Below, piece after piece: positions 12,451 through 24,061 of a stretch of 32,888 bases of DNA (positions within the stretch are counted from its first letter, which is position 1; every line of letters starts with the position of its first letter). The translations under genes and the position numbers were made by a program. The notes beneath the pieces are model-generated. The model made no database searches. It saw nothing but the letters and a program-made list of their open reading frames with translations, and had not been told where the DNA came from. Source of the stretch: Squatina squatina (Eukaryota); NCBI GenBank assembly GCA_031763465.1, contig JARFOE010000162.1, positions 8,475,231 to 8,508,118 on the forward strand. Direction: 5' to 3'.

Positions 12451-14039
12451 CTGACTGATTTTGCTTTGTGGGGCTCTGGGCTTTACTTTGCCCCAGTGAT
12501 TTTAATTCCTTGTGTCAGTAAATCAGATGGGATTAAGCAAAAGGCACCAGATTTGGTCCAATAAAGAGCAGGACTGGGATTCTTTCCACTCTCATTGGAT
12601 CTTGATGCAAGCCAGACAGATGTTGTTCAGAGGTGATCTTCCCTGGGGTCAGAGGTTACATTAATGTCAAAGCCAATTAGACTGTGGCATTGTAGAATAA
12701 ATCAGGTGTGCATATATTCGTGTTTGAAAGTAGGAAGAAGTTTGCAAAGTGTTTTTGCCCCTCCCATCATCAATGCCTTGGTTTTATTGCAAAACATCAG
12801 GTAGCACAGCTAAGAGATGCAAGTGATCGTTGGTCTCCTGGCAGGTTAAGGCATGCATTTCACAAGGCAAGTGAAACTCTTTCTTGCTACAATCATGCTC
12901 TCTTTTCCTTTCTTCTCTCCCTATAAAAACCCATTAAAACAGTCTGAATTTAGCTAAAAGTACTCTTGAGATACTGCACTCCTCCATAGCGGTGATTGTC
13001 CTTCTGTTACAGACAGTGCAAAGAGTAATTAAGGATCGATTGACTCACATTTCATCAATGTCTGAGGCCATAGAAAGTGTCAAACTCCACACATATTATC
13101 CTTATACAGATTCTATAGAATCCAGCTAGTATTATGCAGCAGGAAAGTCCTACAGATTCTATCTCATTCTAAATTATTCATTGTGTGAAGTGGTTGGAGA
13201 ATGTTTTGAGACTGTGATAAACCACTATGTAAATACAAAGGTTTTCTCTCCTCTTACTTTTCAAATTATGCACCTAGATCCTATGGCAGGTTAATCTTGC
13301 CTGTTGCGTTAGACCTTCACCTATTGCTTTTTACCAACCAATTCAAAACATGGCACTTGGATCAGAGTGCTTGTGGAAAGCTTTGACCATGCGAGTATTA
13401 AACGTTAAACGTTGAAATGTGTGGACATTGTAGTGGTGCAGGTATTGAAGCTCAGGTGTGACCATTTTAGGATTCACATTTGATCTCTTCCCTTCCCCCC
13501 CCCTCCCCCCTCACCTCCNNNNNNNNNNNNNNNNNNNNNNNNNNNNNNNNNNNNNNNNNNNNNNNNNNNNNNNNNNNNNNNNNNNNNNNNNNNNNNNNNN
13601 NNNNNNNNNNNNNNNNNNCATCTTGAGAACTTTGCTGCTCAACGAGCAGAATGTTTCAGGCACTTATCTAGCATGGGTCATGAAAAGTTGAGGGCCCTGA
13701 TCATCCTGTGAAGCATAGACAGAGGGTCACATTCCCAAGCAGGAACACATTCACAATAAAGGCAGTTTCCAATGCTTATTTTTAACAATGTGCAGAATAG
13801 GGGGGTTATTATGGCCAAAGGGTGAAAACAGGTGTTAAATGGGAGCTATGCTAATAAGACGTGCCTGTTTGAAAGTCTGGATTTAGCATACAATTTAGGT
13901 CCTAATTGCTGATTCCCATCAATTGAATTTGCCTGGAGGTGCTAAATCAGACATCTGCATGTTAGTTCCCAAGAGCTGGTTAGATGCAATTTTCCTGGGG
14001 TTGTATATGTAGGTATCTCACACCCACTTCCACTGAAGG

Positions 14040-14678
14040 TGTGGAATGCTCTGGCTGGCACACATGTTTTCCTCCTGCATGGAAGCTGGTCCTCTCACTC
14101 ATGTTGCAAGCCAGTTTCTCCTGGAAAAAGAGTTAGAGTGAGTTATTGAGTGGTTCTTTTAAAGGGTTGTGCAGATGTGTGCTGCACACTGAGAGGGAGA
14201 AGCAGCAAGCTGTGAGCAGGATGGAGAGTTGTACATGTGTAAGAAAGTGGCTCAGGGTGAAATATGAAAGCAGTTAGCAGAGGGGCGAAGGGCTACAGCT
14301 GCAGGGAAGTGTGTGATTAGAATATGCAGTGTCTTGTGATTCTAGGACAAGTATATGGAGCAGGGAGGGAAGTGTTTGGAGTTCCGTGAGGGAAGAAATT
14401 CTGTGACATGGTTTAATGCGGAGAAATAGAGATAGGAAGACATCATTCTGGGTCTGGGTTTGGGTCAGGTCGTTGACGTGCTTATGGTGTTGAACCCATG
14501 TCCTGGGGGTGATGATCTGGGTGTTATTTTCATCCACCTTCCTCCAGGTTTGCTGGAGAATCTGTGTCACCACCCTCCTGCCATTTGAGGTAAAGGGGAC
14601 ATTCTTGCATGCCCTCACCTGCTCAAAAAGAACCTCCACTGCTGAGTCACTAAAACAAGGTGTTCTTCCCTGAGACAC
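14040..14678 (-). pseudogene. PIF/Harbinger transposon Myb/SANT-like DNA-binding gene remnant (two exons)
   Basis: ORF 14274-14678 N-terminus RTPCFSDSAVEVLFEQV...LQQTWRKVDEN...PRTWVQHHKHVNDL fits the Myb/SANT-like pattern 'RFS..E.L...V...W..V.....RT..Q..K..NDL'. A minus-strand acceptor CTCTAACTCTTTTTCCAG|GAG at 14121/14120 is followed by EKLACNMSERTSFHAGG. Confidence 0.7.
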
Positions 14679-14863
14679 ATTGAATCAGCCCAAATTTCCC
14701 AATAGAAGCAAAAATGTCCAGTGAGTGAAAGAACACCTCACTTTCAGAGGCGCATTCCTTCTTNNNNNNNNNNNNNNNNNNNNNNNNNNNNNNNNNNNNN
14801 NNNNNNNNNNNNNNNNNNNNNNNNNNNNNNNNNNNNNNNNNNNNNNNNNNNNNNNNNNNNNNN

Positions 14864-14955
14864 TCAAGCCTCGAGGTAACAGGCATGGATGAGGGTTTCA
14901 GCAGCAAATGAGCTGAGGCGAGGCAGAGATGGGAGATGTTAGAGGTGGAAATGGG
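14864..14955 (-). mobile_element. L2 LINE ORF2 fragment
   Basis: Minus strand reads FHL*HLPSLPRLSSFAAETLIHACYLEA, matching the L2 motif 'FHLRNI...LS..AAETLIHAF..SRLDY'. The same region appears on + at 19697-19790. Confidence 0.7.
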
Positions 14956-15787
14956 TTTATCGTTCCTTTGATAACATAACAATGTTTGTTGCACTTCAAA
15001 ATGTGATTCTCTGTGTAAAATGCTTTGACATACTTTGCATAAAAGACTCTAAGTGCAACTATTACAACCTTTGAAAGTGGGAATTGCAAAATTGAATCTT
15101 TCAAAGAATTATGACTATTTCTGTCTGCAAGTGGCATTTATATTTTGGAAAAATAATGACATTTACACACTTCATAGATGAAAATGTGGAGTTGAGATTC
15201 AAAAATAGGTTAGCTACCAAGAAACACTGTCTCATAATACAATTTTCCCTTAAAAATAACTATATTCCAAGTAAAAAGGACAAGATATTCAAAAAAACTG
15301 GAATCCACGCATGATTTGTTCATAAGATTTTTTTTAAAGCAAAGATCCATATTGGGAGGTGAGGAATTTAAATACTTGCATTGTTAACCTTAATCCTTAA
15401 ACCGTAGCTTCTGCGATTTAGCTGTACATTCATTTTCTGTCAATGTTTGCATCTTAAGAGTTCGGTAACACAAAGAAACATCCTCCATTTTAAAATTATT
15501 TTTAATGCCTCTATTAGAAACTGAAATTGTAGATGTGATGCGATAGTAGGTCATCAGTATTCCTCTTGTATGGTTTCAAAGTATTTTGTACATTACTTGC
15601 AGTCCCCAATCTCCTGACTCCAGCATTTCCATTTTGGAATGCTGTAGCTCTACCAAAGTGACCACCCAGTGTTTCATTATTAGGATAATCATAGACATTA
15701 CCTGGACCAAAAAGACTAATGGACATTGTAGACCCAGCTATTTTCAGCACAGCGTGGCCTTCTGATAAATTTCACTTTTGACTCATC

Positions 15788-16511
15788 AACCCGTAATTTG
15801 TGGTCAGCAGCGAAGTGACGGCGCTCACTGCTGACCTCCAAAGAAAGCTGCCCACAAGGCTCTCTCGATCTCTGTGGCGAGAACTTCAGCTTCCTTGACG
15901 TGAAATTGATTGCAGCGTTGTCAATAGGGGAACTCCAGCGAACAGTAGCAGTGATGTCATCAAGCTGTCTAAACAGCCAATCACATTTTGAAGAATTTGC
16001 TCAGACAGCAAACCAGGAAATAAAAAGCACTGATTATCTGCACTTTTTAAGGGGCATACACATGGGGTTCAGGTAGAAGCTGAAATACCACGAACAAACT
16101 TGTTTTGAAAATCTGGTATTTTTTTCAAAATGGGGGAAATTTGACACTCCACAAATATAAAATTAGTTATTCAAAGCCAGAATGGTTGTTTAGAGGTCAA
16201 CACGCTGTTGAAACCCCAGTTACAGCTATTCTAACAAGGCTTAACATTTAATGGGGTGTTTAACATCAATATTAATGCAGAATAGCCCAAGATTTTGCCA
16301 GTTCTACTGATTGTAGGTTATTGGAGTGGCGGAGGAGGGGGGGGTGCGAGGTGGTCTCAGCACAGCCTGTGGCGGAGCAGTGACTGACCGCAACTTCAGG
16401 AATTCCACATTTAGTTGTGCATGCGCTAAATCCTGAAGTTATGGAGAATTTCAGAGGGATAATGACAGCGAATGCTGACAGTGCAGTCATTACCACCACA
16501 AAATCCAGGCC
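15788..16511. mobile_element. Non-autonomous PIF/Harbinger-like element with 3-bp TSD
   Basis: Left end AACCCGTAATTTGTGGT vs reverse complement of right end GGCCTGGATTTTGTGGT (12/17). ATC flanks both sides (15785-15787, 16512-16514). Confidence 0.6.
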
Positions 16512-17616
16512 ATCATTTGTTTATCCCTTTCGATATCCTCCGCATAATTTGTCTTCTGTACATAAATGCAGTAGATAAGAATATATTTTGCAATGAAAGG
16601 TAATTCAGTCAGGATGATGGAGCCTCCCCACCATTTGTGATTCCGAAGGAAAAGAAAAACTGCAGTTTGTTGTGTGGTTCGTAGTGGGTCTGGATTCATT
16701 GGTGAAGGTGGGATGGTTGAGCGTTCAGCAGTTTTGCTAAATTTCCTTTGGGGCTCAGAGTATGAAAATGTTTCAGTCGGGAGATTGAGTAGGCAAGACG
16801 GGTTGCATCATGTGTGCAAGGAAGAGGCTTGATAGACTAAATGTCCTTTTTCTTAACCTATGCTTTCTTAACCCCTTAGACCATTTCTGAATTTTATGTG
16901 TATTCATCCTACTCACTATTCTGAGACCAGAATAACCCAGATCCGAATGCATTGGAAATGAGTCTGACTACTTCAATTTCTGTCGACTTCAACACAGTGA
17001 ACGTGAGCAGAGATTGGTCCTGTAATTGGGAAATGCCTCAATTTTAGATCATTAAGCTCTTTCAGCTAGGAATAGATTAGATTTTTCTTGAACTGAAAAA
17101 GTGCCGAGTTGTTTGGAATTGGTGTTAACAAGGTAGAGGAACAGAAAGGCATATAAAGTAAACTGAAAAAACAAAACCAGCATATGGAACAACAGGAAGT
17201 TGACACCACTACATGGCATTGAAATGGTAAAAAGCCCCAAGCTAGCCTGATGCCAAAGAACTTCACAGCATATCTGCACGACAACGCATAGCTTGGAGTA
17301 ACACCTCACGCCTTCTTAAAATATTGTGAGCATTGCATTGTGAATGATTGTGTATACAGTCAGGGTCACCAATGTATCAACAGGACACTTGGTCATATTC
17401 AACCATGGGATTTTTCGGTTTTACTTTTCCGTACAATACAGGTATTCAAAAGGGATGTCCAAGCATCTGATGTATTTACAGGGTGCGATGTATCAAGCTT
17501 CACTTTTTGTGAACTGAGAGCAAGTTGGTTGCTTCTCCTTCAAGTTCATCCTTTCATGCATGCCTCATCCCTTCTTCAATACATTCTGTGCAAAATAATA
17601 AGTTTCTAAACATAAT

Positions 17617-18339
17617 GGGCTAGAAATTGCTGTTGGAGGCGCACCTCTGGAGTACGTCTCCGAACCGCAAAACCTTTAGGAACCTACCTCCAGGTTCCCA
17701 GGCTGCGTAGAATTCCAGTTTTGGGCTTCCAGGCGTATGGCTGCGTAAAGGTCCACAGATCCCAAGGATGCAGCGGGTTCGGAAGTGTACCTGGGATCAC
17801 ATGGGCCTGGTCCTCCAATCATAAAGGAAGATTCCATTGCGCTCATTTATGAAGGGAATCCCCTAATGATATGCAATAGAATCCCCAAATAATTATACAA
17901 CACACATAATTCTAATAAATTCTATAAATGTGCTGAATTTCAATTTCATTTGTAAGTCTCTTCATTGCACCAGCCTCAATAAAAACTTAATTTTTCGATA
18001 AATAATTTTAAACATCTTAATCTGGGCCAATATTTGCCTGAAGTAATTTAAAGTGTATGTGCATCATTTTTGATTTTTACTGTTTAATTTAAGGCTTTAT
18101 ACTGATGAAAGCAGGCCCCATGCCTGTTTTACCAGCCGTAAGAGTTTTGTGGGCAATTGCTGGGCAGTAGTTGGACAAATAGTCTAACTCTGCACCAGCA
18201 ATATTGATTTTCCATCAGATGATCTAAATGATCGCAAGTTCTGGATTTCATGAATGCATGGAAGTTGCAGGGGCTTTCAAATGGATTACGGAGCCATACT
18301 CTGAGAGTACGCTGTCACAGAAATCGCAATTTCAGAGCT
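17617..18339. mobile_element. Non-autonomous PIF/Harbinger-like element
   Basis: GGGCTAGAAATTGC ... GCAATTTCAGAGCT share a perfect inverted GAAATTGC core. AAT flanks both sides (17614-17616, 18340-18342). Subtermini are CpG-rich and the centre is AT-rich. Confidence 0.55.
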
Positions 18340-19021
18340 AATGATTATGTTGCAGAGTGTATAAAACAGCTTTAATATGAGACCCACTATTTGTTACATT
18401 GTTGTTTGTAATGGGTTTGAATTTTTCACACCTAACATATTTATTCTATTGATAGACATTATGTGATTTAATCCTCATAGTTTTGAAAAAATACTGTCTG
18501 TTCTATGAGTTAACACATATATGTCCTGTACCTGATGACAACTCATAAGAAAAGGACACCAAAGAACACTCCTAAACATATTCTTTTTGCCACATGCTAT
18601 AATTTTTATACAGTAAATGCAGAATGGTTGGGATTATGGACATATCTAATACTTGCCTTCAGGGTACACCAGGTTCCCAACAGCGAACCAAACCTCTACA
18701 GGTATGTTGGACTAGCAGTCAAATGGCTTGGCAACAGGTGTTGATTCAGGGATAGTGGTAGAGAGGTAAAGCTGGGTGTCAGCATTTGTATGGACAGTGC
18801 TCATTGGACAGTAGAATTAGGCAACTTTTTCAGGTATGAGCTCATTAAGTTTCTGGGTAGTAAAGTAACAAGCGGTTCAGCAGCATAGTTGTAGGTGCAT
18901 TAGCTCTTCTGTGGAGCATTAGGTGTAATGCATCACTCAGAAAACACTGGGTTTCAAATATTGCCGTACTTTTCTGCAATCATATTAAAAAAGAACACTC
19001 TGATGCATATTTAATAAATGG

Positions 19022-19207
19022 GAACTGAAATTGTTTTTTGTCAGTAGTTTGATATGAGCCCATAGAAAATTGGCAGGCTGTTTTTCCCCACGTTCAATTT
19101 TCTTTACCATTGACTTCAATAGAAAACAAAATCAGGCGTGGTGTGAAATGAGCTGCCAATTTGCTATGGGCCTGTTTCACGTTACTGGCAAAGACCAATT
19201 GCACCTT
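19022..19207. mobile_element. Fold-back (palindromic) MITE
   Basis: The whole element is an imperfect palindrome centred on CCATTGAC|TTCAATAG (19107-19122). Arms GCCCATAGAAAATTGGCAG (19058-19076) and CTGCCAATTTGCTATGGGC (19153-19171) pair 18/19. Confidence 0.75.
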
Positions 19208-19374
19208 ATTTTTTGAGCAGTGAGAGAAATCTTACACCCATGTGGCTTCTGAAGTTGCTGCTATATTTCTTTTAGCATGAGATTCAAACCAATGCAGAAC
19301 ACCAGTTGGAAAATCACTATAAGCCAGGCACACTGCTGTGATGATGTCTTTTGTTACAGCCTGAACTCACGCTA

Positions 19375-20290
19375 TGTAGGTCAGCTTCCACATATATGCT
19401 GACACTCAGCTTTATCTACCCACCACCATCCCTGACTCAACACCTGTTGGCAAGCTGTCTGACTGCTAGTCCAACATTAAATCAACATTGAGTAAAAGCT
19501 CCCTCCAACTAAACAATGGCAAGACCAAAGGGCATCTGTTTTGCTCTTGCCAGTAACTCTACCCGCAGCTTCTCATTCTGTCCTCTCCCCAGCTTCTTAG
19601 TCATGCCAAACTGGACATTATAAAGCCTTGGGGTCCTGTACAACCCTGGGCTGAGCATCAAACTCCACATGCAGTCTATAACCTGGCCTCTATATTTCCA
19701 CCACTGTAATATCACCTGCCCCCATCCCTACCTCACCCCTACTGCTTCTGAATCCCTCATTGGTGCCTTTGGCATCTTCAAGCTCGGGTTTATTGGCCTC
19801 CTGAGCTCCAAACCACACACACAGCAACTTAACCAGAATTTCATTGCCCACATTTTATCCCCTCTTAAGTCCACTTTGCTTATCACCCCTGTGCTCTTTT
19901 ATCTCTGCCAGCTTCCCATTCACCAACAAATTGACTTTGAGATCCTCACTCTTGCCTGTAAACCTCTCTATGGCCTTATTCCACCTTATTTATGCAACCA
20001 CCTCCAGTCCTACATCTCAGCTTGCACTCTTTTAAATCTGGACTACTTCTCTTTCCTCCCTTTCACCATTGGTGGCAGAGCCATCACGTATCATGACCCT
20101 ATTTTCAGTTATTCTCTTCCAATTCATCTCTACCTTGCTTAATTTTTCCTTGTTTCCAACAGCCTCCCCAAATTCTACTTCACCTACCTCACCTTTGAAT
20201 GTGTCTGCTCATTCTACTCCAAGCACAGTTCCTGAATTGACCCTTCCCTCCGCCCCTAGTGAAACACCTTGGGGTGCTTTTCTATGTTAA
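19375..20290 (+). mobile_element. L2 LINE 3' region (RT C-terminus to tail), decayed
   Basis: GTCAGCTTCCACATATATGCTGACACTCAGCTTTATCT is VSFHIYAD(-)TQLYL (YADD motif). ORF 19669-20142 has LITPVL..L..LPIHQQIDFEIL...LYGLIPPYLCNHLQ...TIGGRA. The tail GTGAAACACCTTGGGG..TTTTCTATGTTAA resembles 247-278. Confidence 0.85.
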
Positions 20291-20722
20291 TTGACAGTTG
20301 TGGTTACAGATGTTGTGAAAAGTGGTTTATAGCATTTTCACCATTCCAATCATTGTTATGTAAAGCAGATTTTGGATAACTTAGGTGGCTGAACTACCCT
20401 GTCCAATTTTCTGTGCTTTCAATAAACTGTTCATTTTCAAGTACTTCAGATTTCAAAATGGTACCAAGTGGCAAGAAATATTACCTTCAAAAAATGCAAC
20501 CAGTCAGCTTACTACTGCAACTGCAAACAAAATGATGCCAAATGGTGACTTTGGTAGTGAGTGAATTAGTGCCTTCATGCATCTGACATTCACTTCTTTT
20601 AGACTAATTTTTAAGCATATGCATAGTACAGATTGGGTGTTTATACATGTGTAAGCTCTTTTTCTTTCTAACCTCTTGAAGACGCTCTTATCAGTGCTTC
20701 TCTTTTGTTTATGTTATTGCAG

Positions 20723-20817
20723 GAGATGGAAACCCCAAGGAGAGCAGTCCCTTCATTAATAGTACGGAGGTTGAAAAAGGAAAAGAGTACGATGGGAAAA
20801 ATATGGCTCTTTTTGAG
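20723..20817 (+). CDS. slc12a5: Internal coding exon (exon 2) of K-Cl cotransporter KCC2
   Basis: Polypyrimidine tract and TTGCAG acceptor (AG 20721-20722), GTACAG donor at 20818. The exon is 95 nt, phase 1 to 0. Translation (G)[31 protein letters not shown] vs recalled human KCC2 [32 protein letters not shown] (2 differences). Recalled KCC4 is more distant. Confidence 0.93.
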
Positions 20818-21329
20818 GTACAGTATGGCAATTTACTGCAAACACCAAATTCCATCAATTTAGCTGAGAGAGACTGACTCTAATTTGAACTATTTTTTTT
20901 TCGTCTCAGTGAGTGACAAATTAAGACTCTTAATTATGCGTTGTAGTCAGCCATCTGCCACCTTGTTCTTGGCCATCTTGCAGAGGCTGTTGCAAAGAGT
21001 CACATGTGTCTATGTATTGGAACAGAATAGTTCAAAGTTCATACCCTGTTCTTGTACTGGCATTGTTCAAGGTCAAAGGACANNNNNNNNNNCACTGTGT
21101 GTGGCTTGTACAGTAAAATATTGCCCCCATCGATTATAGAAATATCCTATAATGTCTTTTCAAGAGTGAAGCCTTCACAATTGGCCCTCAGTCCCTTCTG
21201 TAATCCTTAATCTGATACTTTACCAACTCATGCCTCTTTCAGTTAAATTCAGTACAAGCTGAAAATTATCTTTCTGCCATGCTAATTAACACTAACCTGG
21301 AAGATAATTTCTGTAGTATAACATTATAA

Positions 21330-22036
21330 CACAGAAGTCTGTTCTTTTGCCTCGTCTAAATAGCGGCGTGGATATGTTGGGCCAGATCGTGTTGGACATC
21401 TAATGGCGTGTTAACGACGCACACCATTAATAATGCACAAAGCGGCCAGCAAGTTCTGGGATATTAAGAGATATGCCGTGAGTTGCGACTCTCTCGAACT
21501 TGCTGGCCGATTTACACCGCTCCGCTGTTTGCTTCACACAAACAGCATCTTGCCTTTGGGCTTCCTGGTATTTTTAAAAACTTGCTGGATTTGCATATTA
21601 ATTGCACATTAAAGTCGCTGCAAAAGTTGAGGGCAAAAATGTTTTGAGCTGAAGGGTGCAGGAAAGTCTAACTAATGGCATGCACCGTGAGATGCCCCAT
21701 TCCAGCAAGCTGCGGCCCATTGACCAAGAATTTACTGGAGCGGGGCACCTCACAGTGTGGGCCCTGTTGGACCTTTTCCTGCACCCTTCAAGTCAAAACA
21801 TTTTTGCCCTGTAACTTGCTGAAAATGCGAGCTGATAACAGCACGGCGAGGGCAACGGGGCTGACGGGACCAGCAGCATATCTCCTTTACCAATGAGATT
21901 TAAGGATTGATAAGTAGGCAGAGGATGGACTGAGAAGGAGGGTGAATTAAAGTGGGTAAATTCAATGTCAAATCAGGTGCAGAAAGAGAAATAAAGAGAA
22001 GGAAAGAAAGATTGGATTAAGCAAGAGAAAACAGAG
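21330..22036. mobile_element. CpG-rich non-autonomous DNA element, truncated by gap
   Basis: Abrupt CpG-rich block with a perfect 14-bp inverted repeat CGGCCAGCAAGTTC (21443-21456) / GAACTTGCTGGCCG (21496-21509). A purine-rich tract leads into the N gap. Termini are not resolved. Confidence 0.45.
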
Positions 22037-23075
22037 NNNNNNNNNNNNNNNNNNNNNNNNNNNNNNNNNNNNNNNNNNNNNNNNNNNNNNNNNNNNNNNN
22101 NNNNNNNNNNNNNNNNNNNNNNNNNNNNNNNNNNNNTGAAATGTATTCAAATCCCTGGCACTGACTTCCTTCACCTTGATGAGAATCAAATTGAATTGAA
22201 GAGAAAGAGAAAAATTGCTTGAACCCTCAGCCACATGCTTTGCATTCGATATTCAACTCACGACATTATTTAGTGAAACTATTCATATGAATGGAAGGGA
22301 AGATAATCGGGCCAATAACATTAAGGATGGATCCAGGATTTTGACATTTTCAGGACTGTGTTTTAGTAATGTACTCATTATCTGTCAGAACATATTCTGT
22401 TAGCGAGAGGAATCTATATTCAATTCTAAATTTGTTTTCAGAAAACAGATGTTTGATGAAGGACATTTAACTGAGATAAATAGAAGATTCGAGTACAAAT
22501 AAGCTCTGTCATTTTACATAAAGAGACCTGTGTTAGATTTAAATGAGATGAGAAGGAATGGCCAGTCAGATGTAGCAGTTCACTGATGTTTCTATGTGCT
22601 CATTAAACATTTTGCTGGATAAAATGAGCAATTAAACTGCTGTTTTAGGAGGAATGTGACTTGTTCAACAAACAGGCTACTTACATTTATAGCTCAAAAT
22701 TGCTTCAGCTCGCAGTTTCACCAATAGTCTTGATGGAATATTTTTTCAATCTCTACATATATATTCTGGATACATTTACTGACATTNNNNNNNNNNNNNN
22801 NNNNNNNNNNNNNNNNNNNNNNNNNNNNNNNNNNNNNNNNNNNNNNNNNNNNNNNNNNNNNNNNNNNNNNNNNNNNNNNNNNNNNNGTGAGACACCCAGA
22901 GAAGCAGCCCTTTCCGGCAAAGTCCAGCCAGAGGCATAGCGAGAGACACCTGGAAGGCAAGGAATTTGTGTCATATGCGCATATATATGTACAATATATA
23001 GATGGATTGACCAATAAATATATGGGTATATGGATAGATAAAAATATATCGATATAGACACAAACAGATATGCAG

Positions 23076-23292
23076 ATAGAATCATTGAAAGATACAACAC
23101 AGAAAGAGGCCAATCGGCCCATCATGCCTGTGCGGGCTCTTTGAAAGAGCTATCCAATTAGTCCCATTTCCCCTGCTCTTTCCCCATAGTTCTGTACTTT
23201 TTCTTCCTTCAGGTATTTATTCAATTCCCTCTTGAAAGTTACCACTGAAGCTGCTTCGACCACCCTTTCAGACAGTGCGTTCTAGGTCACAT
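23076..23292 (-). mobile_element. CR1 LINE 3' end, second subfamily
   Basis: ATAGAATCATTGAAAGATACAACACAGAAAGAGGCCAATCGGCCCATCATGCCTGTGCGGGCTCTTTGAAAGAGCTATCCAATTAGTCCC. Homologous to 11288-11480. Confidence 0.82.
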
Positions 23293-23404
23293 GGATATAA
23301 AAAGACAGATCGACGGGTCGACGGAGGAACGGACGGACAAAGAGGGAATCGGAGGGGGAGATGATCTCGGTGCCATTTAACAAAGGTGATGGCATAATTT
23401 CCCC

Positions 23405-23790
23405 AAAGACCTATTGGGTAAAGGAACTGCCCGGCACCATACTAAACCACAGAGACCAGTTGGTCTCAAGATTCAGTTCCCATTGGAGTCGGGCCATTCT
23501 GTGCTGAGGCAATAGTTGCGTTCGTACAACCTGCCCATCCTCACTGGACCAGGGACAGCAAAATGAGCTGAACACTGTCCAGCAGCCACAGCTGTGGGTG
23601 TTGACAGAAGGGAGTTTTGGGCTTGGGCGTGGTTTAATTACCCTCCACCATCGAAAGCATTGCTGCGTCTCGCTGCCGAGTTTCTCTCATGCAAAAGGGC
23701 CGGTTGGGTGAGGTAAAGGGAATGGTGGGGCTCCTATCACCTGTGGAATTGCTCTCCACTTACAGGAGAGGATGGAGAGGTGGCTGTTGG
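23405..23790 (+). mobile_element. Possible old tRNA-derived SINE-like repeat
   Basis: Degenerate A-box-like AGACCTATTGGGTAAAGG and B-box-like AGATTCAGTTCC, with a purine-rich end CAGGAGAGGATGGAGAGG. Resembles a recalled elasmobranch repeat only loosely. Confidence 0.3.
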
Positions 23791-23920
23791 GGGTAGGGGG
23801 CGCGCTGGTTGGAAACTAAGACCTTGGAGAGCTTTGACAAGAACTTGGGAGTCAACCTCCTAAATTTGAGAAGAGGAGCAGCTATTAAGAATTATGGTTT
23901 GCATTATATTCACCGTGCAC

Positions 23921-24061
23921 CAACATTCCCTCCAAGCTGTGTGGCCACACAGCTGTCTGTTGGTCCCGCGCAGCCGGTGATCACCTTTTCCACTGTTCGA
24001 TCTTACGCATGTGTGAAACTAATTGGGCTGCGCACCCAAAAAAAATTAGCGGGAAACATTG
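23921..24061. mobile_element. 141-bp hAT-like MITE with 8-bp TSD
   Basis: Termini are CAACATTCCCTCCAA and TTAGCGGGAAACATTG (reverse complement CAATGTTTCCCGCTAA). Flanks CCGTGCAC (23913-23920) and GCGTGCAC (24062-24069) match 7/8. 8-bp TSDs are typical of hAT elements. Confidence 0.75.

Noticed and set aside
13490-13518. C-run tract (G-quadruplex potential on minus); similar G-run at 29221-29257
   Set aside because: Low-complexity sequence truncated at assembly gaps; function cannot be judged.
15743-15762. TTCAGCACAGCG as an RE1/NRSE site (known for mammalian KCC2)
   Set aside because: Only the left half-site is present and the GGACAG half is missing. The same applies to TTCAGCAC near 31788.
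17050-17320. Possible very old RTE-type LINE fragment
   Set aside because: Only a vague resemblance; no diagnostic motif could be read with confidence.
18100-18140. CTGATGA hammerhead-core-like motifs (also near 4430, 9035-9060 minus, 18532)
   Set aside because: Each lacks a correctly placed GAAA and/or paired helices I-III. The 18100 motif is part of a simple hairpin in a DNA element.
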